A stretch of DNA of 64,000 nt from an uncultured Nitrososphaerales archaeon (GCA_963713605.1 CAVQMO010000003.1:1-64000), one strand, 5' to 3'. Positions 21,940 to 33,167 are shown, numbered from the stretch's first letter. Made by a program: numbers and translations. The notes: generated by a model not told the origin, from the sequence alone.

Positions 21940-22616
21940 GATGGAAAGGCTACTTTGCACTATCGGGCATTAATTGCTTACTCGAGTGGAGTGTTATGGT
22001 TAAGGAGAAACCCGATGTCAATATTTCTTTCTACTGAGTCCATTTTCTTTATTGTTTATCTTATTTGTAATAAGTGATGGAGAATATGTTGGAATTGCAG
22101 TTGCAGGAAGCCTTGTAATGACCATGGTAGCATTTGGACTGGCTCGTGGCGAAGACATTGCATACTATAAATTGGAACACAAGGTCCAGGATATGTTCAT
22201 TTCCTCTCCGGTTTCTCAAATGAGCTATATGATCGGATTAGGACTATTTGAGCTACTATTTGGTCTTCCAGCCATAGTATTATTAATAGTATTAACAATC
22301 TACCTTGGGACTTCTGTCACTCTTACAGACCTGGATCCTCAATTGGCAACCCATCTAAAGCATACAAGAAACGTAAAAAGCTCTCATCGGTTCTAACACT
22401 AATTATAGCTATTTTTCAGCCAGTTTTTTATTCGGTAGAATTGCGTTATATAGCTTATGCAGTGCCTACAACTAATGCGTCTCTCGATACAAAATTCGAT
22501 GGGTCTTCAAACTCCATGGGAATGGTCAGTAAGTTTTGCCATAGTCGTATTGGTTGCATATGCTTTGACATTCATTACCTTGGTTAGAGCAAAGTCCGTT
22601 TGGAGAGAAAATGAAT
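21940..22616 (+). pseudogene. ABC-2 type transporter permease remnant
   Basis: LRRNP.., DMFISSPVS..Y..GL, PVF..VE, P; several breaks. Confidence 0.65.
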
Positions 22617-22686
22617 AGCTCTAGCCGTATAAAGAGAATTAGTCCTTGTCAATAATATAGACCTTTCAAAATTGTTAACTATGATG

Positions 22687-22703
22687 TTGGCCAGATCATC
22701 CAA
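22687..22703 (+). promoter_or_regulatory. Operator TTGGCC-N5-ATCCAA
   Basis: Upstream of an AT-rich box and of ATG 22739. Confidence 0.55.
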
Positions 22704-22738
22704 TATACTATTAAGTGAGAAAACACGTATTAAGCTAA

Positions 22739-23183
22739 ATGGCATCTATAATAAATAATCAGTCCAGTACTACCTTTGAAGATTTCGTAAATGATATACT
22801 CGCTCTTGATAATGTCATGTTCTCTGTAAGAAGCCCTGGTGCTGTATGCGAAGTACTGTACTGATGGGAATTTGCCCTTACGCATTAATGAGCAATATGC
22901 TACTTTAGGTGACGAAACCAGACCCTGGCACATTCATGTAAATCTCAACGAAACCATAGAAGCACGGTTTGTAATAGAGAATATAAAAGGCGACCGAAAC
23001 AGCTATAGTATAAGATTTTTTGATTCTAAAGGGAATCTAACATTACGTGCTAACTTTATCAAAATGTATGACAGTTCAAATACCCTTATTCGGGAAAGAG
23101 TATCAAAATATGAACGACTATTCTCAAAATACGGTAAACGGTACAGCTTACCACTAAAGCAGGAAATCAATAGTAAGAATTAG
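22739..23183 (+). CDS. HutX/ChuX-like tetrapyrrole-binding protein (one frameshift, probably a sequencing error)
   Basis: VRSPGAVCEV|RTDG..WHIHVN..SYSIRFFDSKG; extra T at 22857 beside GTAC. Confidence 0.7.
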
Positions 23184-23231
23184 TCGCATCTCTTCAGTCT
23201 TTGGAACATTGTAGATTACTCGAACCTAAAG

Positions 23232-23558
23232 CTATGATGGAAAGAAATAGATCACTACTAGATCTTGATTGTCCACAATAAATCTGTGACGAGTATTTGC
23301 AGAAACAAAGATGAAATCCGCACTTTTAACTGGCTTTATCCTGTCTTCTATTTCTATAGACCCGTTGCCTTCGACTACGAAGTAAGCCTCGTCCACCGAA
23401 TGTGGAAGCTGAGTATCTTTCTCTCCAACCCTTACTCTAAGGATTCCGATATCTAAGCCTTTATTTCGAAAGACATTCAAAAAATAATTACCCGTATTAT
23501 TCAGCTCAGCAATCACATCATCCAGATTAACAAGGCTAGCGTCTTCTTTACTTTCCAT
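23232..23558 (-). CDS. Cupin domain protein
   Basis: PHSVDEAYFVVEG..FIFVSANTRHRF. Confidence 0.85.
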   Translation of the reverse strand: MESKEDASLVNLDDVIAELNNTGNYFLNVFRNKGLDIGILRVRVGEKDTQLPHSVDEAYFVVEGNGSIEIEDRIKPVKSADFIFVSANTRHRFIVDNQDLVVIYFFPS

Positions 23559-23675
23559 TGATTCTACTAAAGACGTTGCTAAATTCTTGGATATAATTCT
23601 AATTACCTACAAAATACGATAGGTCCAAAAATAGATGACGACTTGCAATAAATTCATATAAGTACTATTCATAAC

Positions 23676-24338
23676 ATGTCACATCCAATAGAAATGCATA
23701 CTTATGTAAAAGTACTCCAGGAAACCTCAGGTAGATATGCTCCGAGCAGAATCCTTTCCTTTGACATTGCTCACGTGTTCAAAGCATTTCAGCTAATTGA
23801 AAGTAATGGTCACATAAGCAGAGATTTATTATGTCAAGAACTCAATCTTGGAGAGGGATCGATCAAGACTTTAATAAAGCATTTAAAGATGCAGGGCCTG
23901 ATTGATACCAGCAATGCTGGAACAAAGATGTCAGATAAAGGCAGTAGAATATTTTCTCGTATATCATCATCCATTCCAAGAGAATGCACTATCCCTAAAT
24001 GTTCTGTTGCATTAAGTAGGTATAATTATGCAGTTCTATTGAAACAACTTAGTTTCGCAATAAAGTCTGGAATAGACCAAAGGGATGCTGCTATAAAGAT
24101 GGGGGCCATAGGTGCTACAACATTAATCTATATTAATAGCAAATTTATCATACCTGGAACTAGATATGATGCGCTAAAGCGAGAACCTCAGATTGAACGG
24201 CTACTACTAGATAAACTAATACCAGAACACATGGATGTTATAATAATCGGAAGTGATGATACTGATCAAAGGATTGCTGAGCTTGCCTCAAAGAATGCGG
24301 CGTTGTTGACTGTTATGAATCATGATAAACATATTTAA
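23676..24338 (+). CDS. wHTH transcriptional regulator with DUF4443-like C-terminal domain
   Basis: ISRDLLCQELNLGEGSIKTLIKHL; GIDQRDAAIKMGAIGATTL. Confidence 0.8.
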   Translation: MSHPIEMHTYVKVLQETSGRYAPSRILSFDIAHVFKAFQLIESNGHISRDLLCQELNLGEGSIKTLIKHLKMQGLIDTSNAGTKMSDKGSRIFSRISSSIPRECTIPKCSVALSRYNYAVLLKQLSFAIKSGIDQRDAAIKMGAIGATTLIYINSKFIIPGTRYDALKREPQIERLLLDKLIPEHMDVIIIGSDDTDQRIAELASKNAALLTVMNHDKHI

Positions 24339-24423
24339 TTTTGACTCTCATGTGATTTGCTGCTAAGTTTGCTAGCTGCTTTTACATCATTTATTAAATG
24401 CCATTATCAAAAAAAAACATATG

Positions 24424-24440
24424 TTGGATAATCAATCCAA
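24424..24440 (+). promoter_or_regulatory. Perfect operator TTGGAT-N5-ATCCAA (extends to TGTTGGAT/ATCCAACA)
   Basis: 3 nt upstream of TTTATA (24444-24449). Confidence 0.75.
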
Positions 24441-24711
24441 CAATTTATATAACCAGATTAACTAATAAAAAAGGTATGGATTGAATGAACGTCGTCGGAA
24501 AACTAACTCGATTGTACGCATCGATATGTCTCTGGCTACGTCCATCCTTTGGATCTCTTCTTCCGGTTCGGTTGTTTTTATGGTTGTTGTTGATTCTGCG
24601 GTTCTCATCAGTCAACTAAACTATTGGAATGCTCTGCAACCAGAGCACCACAAATTTCAGACATAGGAGGGACAATGGACAATGACTTATAAAAAAGATA
24701 ATGGACGTGAC

Positions 24712-25785
24712 TTATTGTGTTGTTGTTATAATTAGTTGAATTGGTTCATTCTCTTCTAGCATATCCATTATGGCTGACGGAACCTTTTCCACGTTTCCTT
24801 CAACAATAGGTTTAATAAAGTTTAACCCTTGTTTTTCAAGTATATTTTCACCATTTGTTGATAAGATAAATGTAGCAAAGGAGGTTGCTCCTGCTAGATT
24901 CTTGACCGTGACAGGTATTGTAAATGAGAAATATATCGGTTCTCCCAATACTGTTTGACCCTTACCATTCTCTAAAGTGTATGAGACTGTCTTATAGAAA
25001 TTAGAAAATGTAGGATCAGCTAAATTGATTTGCGGTGGTAATGTAATGTATGGAAGCCCTCTAGCCACGGCTTCATGTTTGTATGCTGCTACTGCATCAA
25101 GTTGACCTTGTTCCAGAATGGTCTTGAGTGTTTCTTCAGGAAAGATCTGTATTGGGTTTCGATCTTCTCCCAGTATTCTTTGTTTTATTCCTGAATCATT
25201 GTAATATTTGTTGGCAAGCTCCGCAGCTATGATCATGTAATACCCTTTCGGATCAAGCTCAGGATCAGTTCTTCCAAACTTAAGATCTGGATTAGACAGA
25301 ACTTGATACCATGGAATCTCCCCCGTACTAACTCTTTCTAAGTCATTGAAGAAACGACTATCAGGAGAATAAGCTATTACCATTTCTGCAGCGCCAAATT
25401 TTACTAACCAATCAGCCAGAGGATCTGTAGCATTCATTAACTTCATTATTGGAATAGTACCTGCACTTACAAGCACATCAGGTCTTCTTAAACCATCAAG
25501 TATCATGTTTGCTATTTGTACTGATCCACGGGCTTCTCCTTGATAGGAATACCCAGTGTCGGCTTGAAATGCCGGTCCTAAACTATCTTCAAATGTCTTG
25601 ATAAGGGAAGCAGCGTACATTACAGAGACAGGATCCTGTTGAGCAGGAGACGCCTGCGTGTCATTAGTTGTTGCAATAACAACAATCCGGCTATCTGATA
25701 ATGTATAAAAGGCCACAGCAGAAAGAACTATCAGAGCAAGAACAATAACTAGTCGAGCATTCTTGGTATTGAATTTAATATACAA
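24712..25785 (-). CDS. Tungstate/molybdate ABC substrate-binding protein (WtpA/ModA-like)
   Basis: YAASL, EARGSV, GRTDPELDPKGY, AYKHEA, LPPQINL; N-terminal anchor. Confidence 0.85.
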   Translation of the reverse strand: MYIKFNTKNARLVIVLALIVLSAVAFYTLSDSRIVVIATTNDTQASPAQQDPVSVMYAASLIKTFEDSLGPAFQADTGYSYQGEARGSVQIANMILDGLRRPDVLVSAGTIPIMKLMNATDPLADWLVKFGAAEMVIAYSPDSRFFNDLERVSTGEIPWYQVLSNPDLKFGRTDPELDPKGYYMIIAAELANKYYNDSGIKQRILGEDRNPIQIFPEETLKTILEQGQLDAVAAYKHEAVARGLPYITLPPQINLADPTFSNFYKTVSYTLENGKGQTVLGEPIYFSFTIPVTVKNLAGATSFATFILSTNGENILEKQGLNFIKPIVEGNVEKVPSAIMDMLEENEPIQLIITTTQ

Positions 25786-26197
25786 TCATTAGACCTCCCA
25801 ACAAAAAATGAAAATCAGTCAATAGTTATTTTCAATAATCCGTTTCCTATTAAACTTATACGCTGGAAATAGGTAGTCTATTCTTTCTTGTCCCTTTTTT
25901 GTAATCGTGTCTCCAATCCCTATTACTCAGATTTTAATCATTGATATTAATATCGAACAAATTAGAGATTAATGGTTTCTCTAACCAAGGAAAAATCTAA
26001 AGGAATGTTATTAACTATTACAGAAGAAAATTTGGAGGAGAGGAGAGGCACAGCACTAGTATTATGAAAGTAAAAAAGTAAATGGAGATTTCTTTGTTAT
26101 TTATGAGGATGCAGAAGTCTCAATAGTTTATCTAGATTTGGACATTGTTAAATAGATTTGCCAATATCCACCAATAGCACGCCAGCTACTGATACCC

Positions 26198-26362
26198 ATG
26201 AGAAAACTTATCGCTCTATTAACTGCATTTGTAATTGGCGGAATAAGTGTGGCATCAGTATCTGGTAGTCAAGCAGTGAATGCTGCACTATCTACAAATT
26301 CGAAACGGACTGGAAAGAAAAGGATAGGACGACCAGGAAGTAGAAGTAACCTGGGAAACTGA
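26198..26362 (+). CDS. Short signal-peptide-dominated ORF (MRKLIALLTAFVIGGISVASVSGSQAVNA-ALSTN...)
   Basis: Translated by hand, 54 aa; clear n/h/c signal regions. Confidence 0.45.
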   Translation: MRKLIALLTAFVIGGISVASVSGSQAVNAALSTNSKRTGKKRIGRPGSRSNLGN

Positions 26363-26416
26363 CTTACTGGATAAGTGTTACATTGTTTATTAAGTTGTTT
26401 ATGTTGACTTTGCCAT

Positions 26417-26677
26417 TTGAATTGTCAGAACCCACGCCATAAACAGCACCTAAAGAGATTCCTAAAGAAATATCCAACGACTGATAAGAATGGAGAGTTT
26501 CCAATTATAACAGTAAATCCAGAGGATTGGGCTATTGACTTAGAAGATCCAAAGAAGAATACAGTCCAATGCTGTCAAATGTGTAGTATACAAGAAGATA
26601 TCAAGAGAGTGACTAGTCCTGGGTGGACAGGTCAACCTGCTAGTTTTAACCCTTACGAATGGAAGATGAGATATTAA
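26417..26677 (+). CDS. Hypothetical Cys/His protein (C-x4-H...CCxxC), intact copy
   Basis: Near-identical paralogue at 32872..33135. Confidence 0.7.
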   Translation: MNCQNPRHKQHLKRFLKKYPTTDKNGEFPIITVNPEDWAIDLEDPKKNTVQCCQMCSIQEDIKRVTSPGWTGQPASFNPYEWKMRY

Positions 26678-27040
26678 TGATAATACGAGTTGGCGAGAGG
26701 AACTATCGAATTAGTAATAATCTAGTAAAAATAAGACGTCTAGTGGTTCAGTTCCATGCGGTTGCTTGGCCTACTTCAGAATCAGCAGGTAATGTTATCA
26801 TTCTTAGACCCCCAGTCACAAGTCCTACTATTATTGCAATTATTCTATGCATACTCGTACTCTCCATATGGTGTCATAATACTACTTCTTGTCATGATGA
26901 CTCAAACCTAAGGTACTAACTTGAAAGTTCAAGCAGCGATAATAAAAAAAAGACAGGACGACCAGGGCATTGAACAACTCATGTTCATAACAGGTTTGCT
27001 TAATGTTTCTTTCAAAGAGAATGTAATATGGATTATGGTT

Positions 27041-27174
27041 CATTCGTAGAATGTTCTAACAAAAAGGGCCATATGCACTCAGTTACCCAGATCATAAGTA
27101 TGTGATTTCTCAGTGTATAAGAATGCTATTCCTACGGTTAGATACGACATTTTCGGAAGTTCATTCGTCGAATG
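27041..27174 (+). promoter_or_regulatory. Two CATTC-N3-GAATG palindromes
   Basis: 27041-27053 and 27162-27174, both within GTTCATTCGTMGAATGT, upstream of the 27216 TATA box. Confidence 0.55.
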
Positions 27175-27215
27175 TACCATAAAGCTTAATTAAAAGTGAC
27201 ATAGATCAAAGTTCT

Positions 27216-27833
27216 ATGCAAAAATTGAATACGAAATTTCTTTTTCTTGGATTTATAATTGCTGGGCTGATGGGGTTGGGCACAAATGGACTAGATAGCA
27301 CAATGCAACAGACACTTGCCCAAGGAGGCGAAAATATGACCGGAATTAGCGAAATGTCAGAAGCACCTGAAACGCATGCAGCGAATATGTCTGCACATGG
27401 TACTGTGGTTCGTGATTCAGTAGCAAAGCTTCTAGAAGGTGCAAGTATTCCTGGTGGACAGTTTATTCATTTGTATGATAGCACGCCCTATATGATAATG
27501 AACGGACATGTTGCAGTGAATGTTCCTTGCGAAGATAATTCAACTGCTAGTGTCCAAGTTCTGCTGGGACAAGCTCCTAATTTCACTGCAGCTGAATTAG
27601 AAAATCTACCAGAATTGTCGACGCCAGGAGAAATGTGTCTTTATCATGTTGATATAGCCACACATGAAGAAGTAATTACAGATATAGCTATTGCAAACCC
27701 TGGTGAAGAAGATTTAGAATTTACTCCTGGAAGTACTGCCGTTATAGGTGTTAATGAAATTGCTCCAGGTGCAGAAGTAGGGGAGCATGGGCATGGGGCA
27801 GAGACAGAGGCAACAAACAGTACAGCGGCGTAG
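27216..27833 (+). CDS. Secreted His/Met/Cys-containing protein
   Basis: Signal peptide; HLYDSTPY..GHVAVNVPC..MCLYHVD; HGHG tail. Confidence 0.75.
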   Translation: MQKLNTKFLFLGFIIAGLMGLGTNGLDSTMQQTLAQGGENMTGISEMSEAPETHAANMSAHGTVVRDSVAKLLEGASIPGGQFIHLYDSTPYMIMNGHVAVNVPCEDNSTASVQVLLGQAPNFTAAELENLPELSTPGEMCLYHVDIATHEEVITDIAIANPGEEDLEFTPGSTAVIGVNEIAPGAEVGEHGHGAETEATNSTAA

Positions 27834-27848
27834 ACAATAACTGATCTT

Positions 27849-27895
27849 GAAGAAGGAGGCAGGATAGAGGCTTCTCTTCCAAAACTACTTTTATT
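27849..27895 (+). terminator. Hairpin plus T tract after 27216..27833
   Basis: GAAGAAGGAGGC...GCTTCTCTTC followed by CTTTTT. Confidence 0.35.
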
Positions 27896-27965
27896 TGAAT
27901 GCATAAGGTTACGAATAGTATAAATTGGATGGAATTAATTTGGACTTAAACATATAAGTGTAAAA

Positions 27966-28400
27966 ATGCTAAGAAAACATGTGTACTTTATTCGAAGACC
28001 ACTTCGAATTATTGATAACCTTATCTCCGATAAACCTAAGCTTTTCATTGTTGTTTCGATAATCGTAGTTTCAGTCCTAGCCATTCCATTAATTATTCCC
28101 TACGTGAGTCACCCACAACACATTTACCATATCACACTTCACATTGCAAGTCTCATACTATCGATCTTCTTGTGCATCGTTTCGATGTCATCGTATTTTA
28201 GAAATGGCGATTCGAGATTGTTGTTTATGTCATCAGGATTCGTTTCTCTTGTAGTAGTTGAGGTCCTACTTCTCTTCTATGCTGCTAGAGGTATTCAAGA
28301 TATAGTTATTCCAGTGGTCAATATTGAATTACCGCACATTATTCTGTTTACCATGCTCGCATTATTTGGGTTAGGCGTTGTGAAGGTGAATTCAAGATAA
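27966..28400 (+). CDS. Four-TM membrane protein with His-rich first loop
   Basis: SHPQHIYHITLH; stop overlaps the next start. Confidence 0.7.
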   Translation: MLRKHVYFIRRPLRIIDNLISDKPKLFIVVSIIVVSVLAIPLIIPYVSHPQHIYHITLHIASLILSIFLCIVSMSSYFRNGDSRLLFMSSGFVSLVVVEVLLLFYAARGIQDIVIPVVNIELPHIILFTMLALFGLGVVKVNSR

Positions 28401-28982
28401 TGTCGGATTCAGATAATAATAATATTAAAAATAATAGTAACCGTTTAACTTCTGGTCAGTATCTTGTACCCGGCTCAGGTGATATACAAAGAGACATCTA
28501 TTATTACATATGTAAAAATCCTGGAATAAGATATAGAGAGTTGATAAGGTTATCCGGAATAACAAACGGCGTTCTATCTTATCATTTGGGCAAACTCGAA
28601 AAAACTGGAGAAATTAGAGTGGAAAGGCAGAGCAACAATAGAGTATCAAGATACTTTATCGCTAATATACCGAAAGAGGACTCGGACGTTATAGGATGGT
28701 TTAGAAGCAAAGTAACCAGAAGCATTGTATTTTTTTGTACTTAAGAATGAATTTTGTACTTTTAATGAAATTGTTGATCAGGTTGGAAAAGCTCCTTCTA
28801 CTATCTCTTGGCATGTTAAAAGGTTAAGAGAAGCTGGAATTCTTAGCACTAACAACGGAAATGACCGTTTACTCTATAATATCATAGATAAAGTAATGAT
28901 TAATCGGATACTTGTAGAGTATAAAGAGACTTTCACCGACCGCATTATAGAGAATTATACAGATATTATTGACAGGCTATAA
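28400..28982 (+). CDS. Double wHTH regulator (COG3398-like; one frameshift, probably a sequencing error)
   Basis: NPGIRYREL..GVLSYHL and STISWHVKRL; extra T near 28736 beside GTAC. Confidence 0.85.
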
Positions 28983-29530
28983 TAGAAGGTTTGTATAGCT
29001 AACTCTTGTTACATAATAATTAGGCTATTCATAGTACATTCGCCTTCGGCTTTATCCGCTGTAGTCCACATCTCCAACAAGATACTATCAGACCATGCAA
29101 TGCCTTGGTATATTCGAATGGTAATTCCTTATCGAGAAAATATTTAATACGTTCCTGGACTTGGAAACGTAAGTAAGCGACATCATTTGAAATCGTGTAT
29201 TAGGGTATTTTCAATATTTCGCTGATTTGTACTTGCCTTAACTCTCTATTTGCCAGGCCAAAGACACGCGATTCCAGGCTACAATCCTATTACTACTACC
29301 GTTCCCTCAAAACTAATTAGCAGCTCTTCTAAATAACATAACAGAAAAAACGACGCAGAGATAATACCATAAGATTATATCACTGAGTTAACAAGATTTA
29401 CGTACAGCAAACGATCTCTTAATAGTATCTGGAACCTGTAGACGCCTATGGCTGTAACTGGTGTAGATATACCTTCTATGTTGATATAAATTCTTACTGT
29501 TTCTTTATCTCTAATATATTTATATGAGAA

Positions 29531-29776
29531 ATGTATATTAATATTATGGTAAAGCTTTCTCTTTGGCGTTCCGTCCGCGTGGCAATTAAGTTGGCTATAT
29601 TGGTATCAATCGTTGCAGTCAGTACACTTGCCTTAACAGACAACATAGATGCAAGGACAGGAGGAAGTGACAGTGTAGCGGCTGGGTCCTCTAGTGGTGA
29701 AAGTGTAGGAGCTGGATTCAAAACCGCCGTGTGTGGTCCAGATGCGGCACATGCATGCCAAACGTCTGCTGGATAA
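29531..29776 (+). CDS. Small secreted Gly/Ser/Ala-rich peptide with a Cys pair
   Basis: Signal peptide ending IDA; CGPDAAHAC. Confidence 0.45.
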   Translation: MYINIMVKLSLWRSVRVAIKLAILVSIVAVSTLALTDNIDARTGGSDSVAAGSSSGESVGAGFKTAVCGPDAAHACQTSAG

Positions 29777-30071
29777 TAGCATCATATATTAGGTGAATAA
29801 CAAACCTCACGCTTCTTTTTTTAGTGCTAATACTGAAGTGACATTCTAAACGCATCAAAGACATCGTCATGACTAGTAACGGGGTTCTAATAATTAGAAA
29901 CGATAGACTTTTCTCCTTTGATAATGAATTTATCTGGTATTATTATTGAAAGTTAGTTTACCGTATGCTCCTAGTTAGCTCGACTCTTCGTGTCCACTCA
30001 ATTAATAATTCACTTATTTTGACCTGTACCGATAGAAATGTATTTAATATCTTACTGATTTCATCCGGATA

Positions 30072-30440
30072 TTGATCCATTACATAAAGAGGACTAAAAG
30101 CATTATGGGCTGGAGCATGAAATCGACATCTAAGAATAGTTATCTTAAACTTTCACTAATACTTGTACTAATTGCGACAGCTACCTCTGTATCTGGGAAC
30201 TTATTAGTTGTGCATGCAGGAGCCCCTGAGCGGGACTATGATGAAAGGTACGAAGATATCCCAGGCACAAATGAATGTTGGTATGACGGTTATGCTGATG
30301 GACAGGAATACCCATTTAATCACGATAGAAATGAAGAATGTAAAGCTAAAGGCAATCAGTATTATCGTGCTTTCATAGAGGGTTATAAGGCAGTAGAGGG
30401 TAACACAGAAGATACCTGGGAAAGGGCAACGGATAATTAA
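30072..30440 (+). CDS. Secreted hypothetical protein
   Basis: Signal peptide (VHA); CWYDGYADG..C..YYRAFIEG; start probably 30117. Confidence 0.6.
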   Translation: MIHYIKRTKSIMGWSMKSTSKNSYLKLSLILVLIATATSVSGNLLVVHAGAPERDYDERYEDIPGTNECWYDGYADGQEYPFNHDRNEECKAKGNQYYRAFIEGYKAVEGNTEDTWERATDN

Positions 30441-30702
30441 TCCTTGAGTTTGGTAGTGTATCGATTTGACTGAAGTTTTTAGGTACATTGTCTGCGAATG
30501 TCAAGAAATGCAATTATCATTAGCATGCTTAACGAAGAGACATAGTCCACTGGTTGCGAATGTAACTATCACAAGCTTGACTCCGTTTTATAGACAAACT
30601 TCCAGCAGATCAGGAGCTTGTTGATCACTAACTTCAAGTTAGGTGGATACTCGGAGGAGCATCACAACCAAAGCTAATAAAAAAAGACAGTCCTAGTTCG
30701 AG

Positions 30703-31173
30703 TTATTTACTATTAAAATCAATCATTGCTTCCTCCACTTCCTCTTGAGCCAGAGTGCCATTTGTGCTAAGATACATTAAAGGTCCAAATGTAAGTCCAT
30801 TGTCTACACTAGCTCTAAAAACTGGTTCATCACTTGTTTGATTTTTTCCCACCATGTGACAATTACCTCGTCTCCATCAGCAGTCTACTATCTCTGTATT
30901 GAACGAATCTGAAACAGTAGTATTACTTAGATTAATTTTGTCCCCAAATGTAGAACCACTATCAGTTGAAGCTCTGAAAAAAACCTCTGAGTTATTATTG
31001 GGCATATTCTTATCTGTGGTCCAAACAATATACACATTTTCTCCAGAGATTGCAATAGGTGCAGCATGGAGAACGTTTCGTATTGGCTTAACTGAGCCTT
31101 CAATCTGTGACGTTTGTGCCTGTAATGAAGAGTATGCCATTAGGATAGCTGCAATAGCAGGAATTACCACCAC
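30703..31173 (-). pseudogene. BNR/Asp-box repeat protein, frameshifted near 30880
   Basis: VYIVW..FRASTDSGSTFG and VTWWE..RASVDNGLTFG. Confidence 0.65.
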
Positions 31174-31470
31174 CTACCCACAAATTACTTGGAAAGGAAT
31201 TTACCAAGAAATTTCATTTAAAAATGCCTCTGCTAAAATACTTAAAAACTCTACTTAACTTTGTTAAGTCATCTTCTTGTTGCCGATTAATATAATGTTA
31301 TATCATAAATGAAAGGATGGAAGAAATTATATCCAGAACGTAAAGTATTCTCAAGTGGTCTACTACACGCTATGATGCAGATCCAAATGGAGGTTACTAT
31401 ATTAATTCAGAATGCACTTTCCAGCATCTGATCAAAATGATTGGCCTAGTTAAATGAAATTATTATTACT

Positions 31471-32748
31471 ATGAAAATAAATCCTTTTAGAAAAAGCTCA
31501 GGAAATACAAAAAAGGTCACGCCAGAAGGTGAGCCTCTTGAAGAGACTGGTACAGGTGGCGAATTTCCAGGGGGGAGAAGAGGGAGTTTCTTTAGCCGAG
31601 GGTCGAGAAGGGAAGGAATATCCAATCCTTTTATTAAAATCATTATTCTAGCTATAGTCGGAATTATTGTTGTGACTATTGTTATAATAGGTAGTGTAAG
31701 AATCGTGGATGCAGGATATAGAGGAGTACTTTTGATATTTGGTGCTGTAGATACAACCAGATCCCTTAATGAAGGAATTCACTTCGTCGTTCCTGTCCGC
31801 GATAACGTCTGTACAAATGGAGGTAAGGACGAATAAGATAACAGAAGATGCCGCTTCTGCCTCCAAAGACCTTCAAGATGTAAGAACACAGGTAGCTTTG
31901 AACTATCATATAGATCCTGATAATGCACAATTAGTTTACAAACAAATAGGCTTAGATTACGCTAACAGAATAATTATACCGGCAATCCAAGAATCGGTTA
32001 AACAAGTAACTGCTAGATTCAATGCAGAAGAGCTAATTACGAAAAGAGAAACAGTAAAAGATCAAATTGATGAACAGATTACAGCAAGGCTTGCCGCCTA
32101 TAATATCGTTGTAGATGGCATATCGATTACTGAATTCCAATTTTCACCGGAGTTCGTTAGAGCAGTAGAAGCAAAGGTAGCAGCCCAACAGAGAGCATTG
32201 CAAGCTCAGAATGAACTACGAAGAATAGAGATAGAGGCACAGCAAGCAGAAGCAAGAGCAGTAGGAGAGCAACAAGCAAACATAGCTAGAGCAGAAGGAG
32301 TCAGACAGGCAAACTGTACTACAGGCACAGGGAGAAGCACAAGCCATAACAACAATAGACGAACAGTTAAGACATAGTCCGAGCTATTTAGAGTGGCTCA
32401 AATCCCAGAAATGGAATGGTCAGTTACCATTAGTGGTTGGGGGAGAAGCAACCGGGCCTGGAGGTCGATTCTGTGACTCCATTCATCGAGATTCCGACTA
32501 GTAGGAATGAATTCAACGCTACACAAGGAGGGGATGGTGATGGTGAAACCACTGGAAATGCAACATCAGCTAGCATTGGCGGAGGAGGAGGTAGTTCTGT
32601 TCAGAACGTATTAAACAACACAGGTACTAACCAACGCGACAAGATCGGGCATGCAGTAACGCCAGTTGATTATAGGGGTCATTATGTATTGAAAAAACGA
32701 CTACGAGGCATTAAGTATACGACCTGCAAAGCTAAAACATTTGTGTAA
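31471..32748 (+). CDS. Prohibitin/SPFH (band 7) protein (three frameshifts)
   Basis: GYRGV, EGIHF, SKDLQ, AVEAKVAAQQ, KWNGQLP; extra bases at 31810 and 32315 abut GTAC; third break near 32465. Confidence 0.88.
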
Positions 32749-32871
32749 AATATTTAGTAGTATTAGAAGTACAAGTGATCATACTAACAAATTTATTATT
32801 CTTTGTAGACATGCTCAATGCTCTGGTCCTAGTTCTTCGAGTTGCCCATGTAACTGTCATCCTGCCAGACT

Positions 32872-33135
32872 TTGAAGTGTGAGAACCCACGCCATAAACA
32901 GCACTTAAAGAGATTCCTAAAGAAATATCCAACGGCTGATAAGTAAGGAGAGTTTGCGATTATAATAACAGTAAACCCCGAGGATTGGGCTATCGATTTG
33001 GAGCATCCTGAGAAGAATACCGTAAAGTGTTGTCAGATGTGTAGCATCCAAGAGTATATAAAACGAGTAACTAGTCCTGAATGGAAGGACCAACCTGCTA
33101 GTTACAACCCTTACGAATGGAAGATAAGTTATTAA
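32872..33135 (+). pseudogene. Second copy of 26417..26677 with in-frame TAA at 32944
   Basis: Codon-by-codon alignment. Confidence 0.85.
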
Positions 33136-33167
33136 TAATAATACGGAGTTGGCTAACCAACCAAAAA

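Noticed and set aside
23588..23604. Fifth TTGGAT site upstream of the cupin gene
   Set aside because: The second half-site does not fit the N5 spacing
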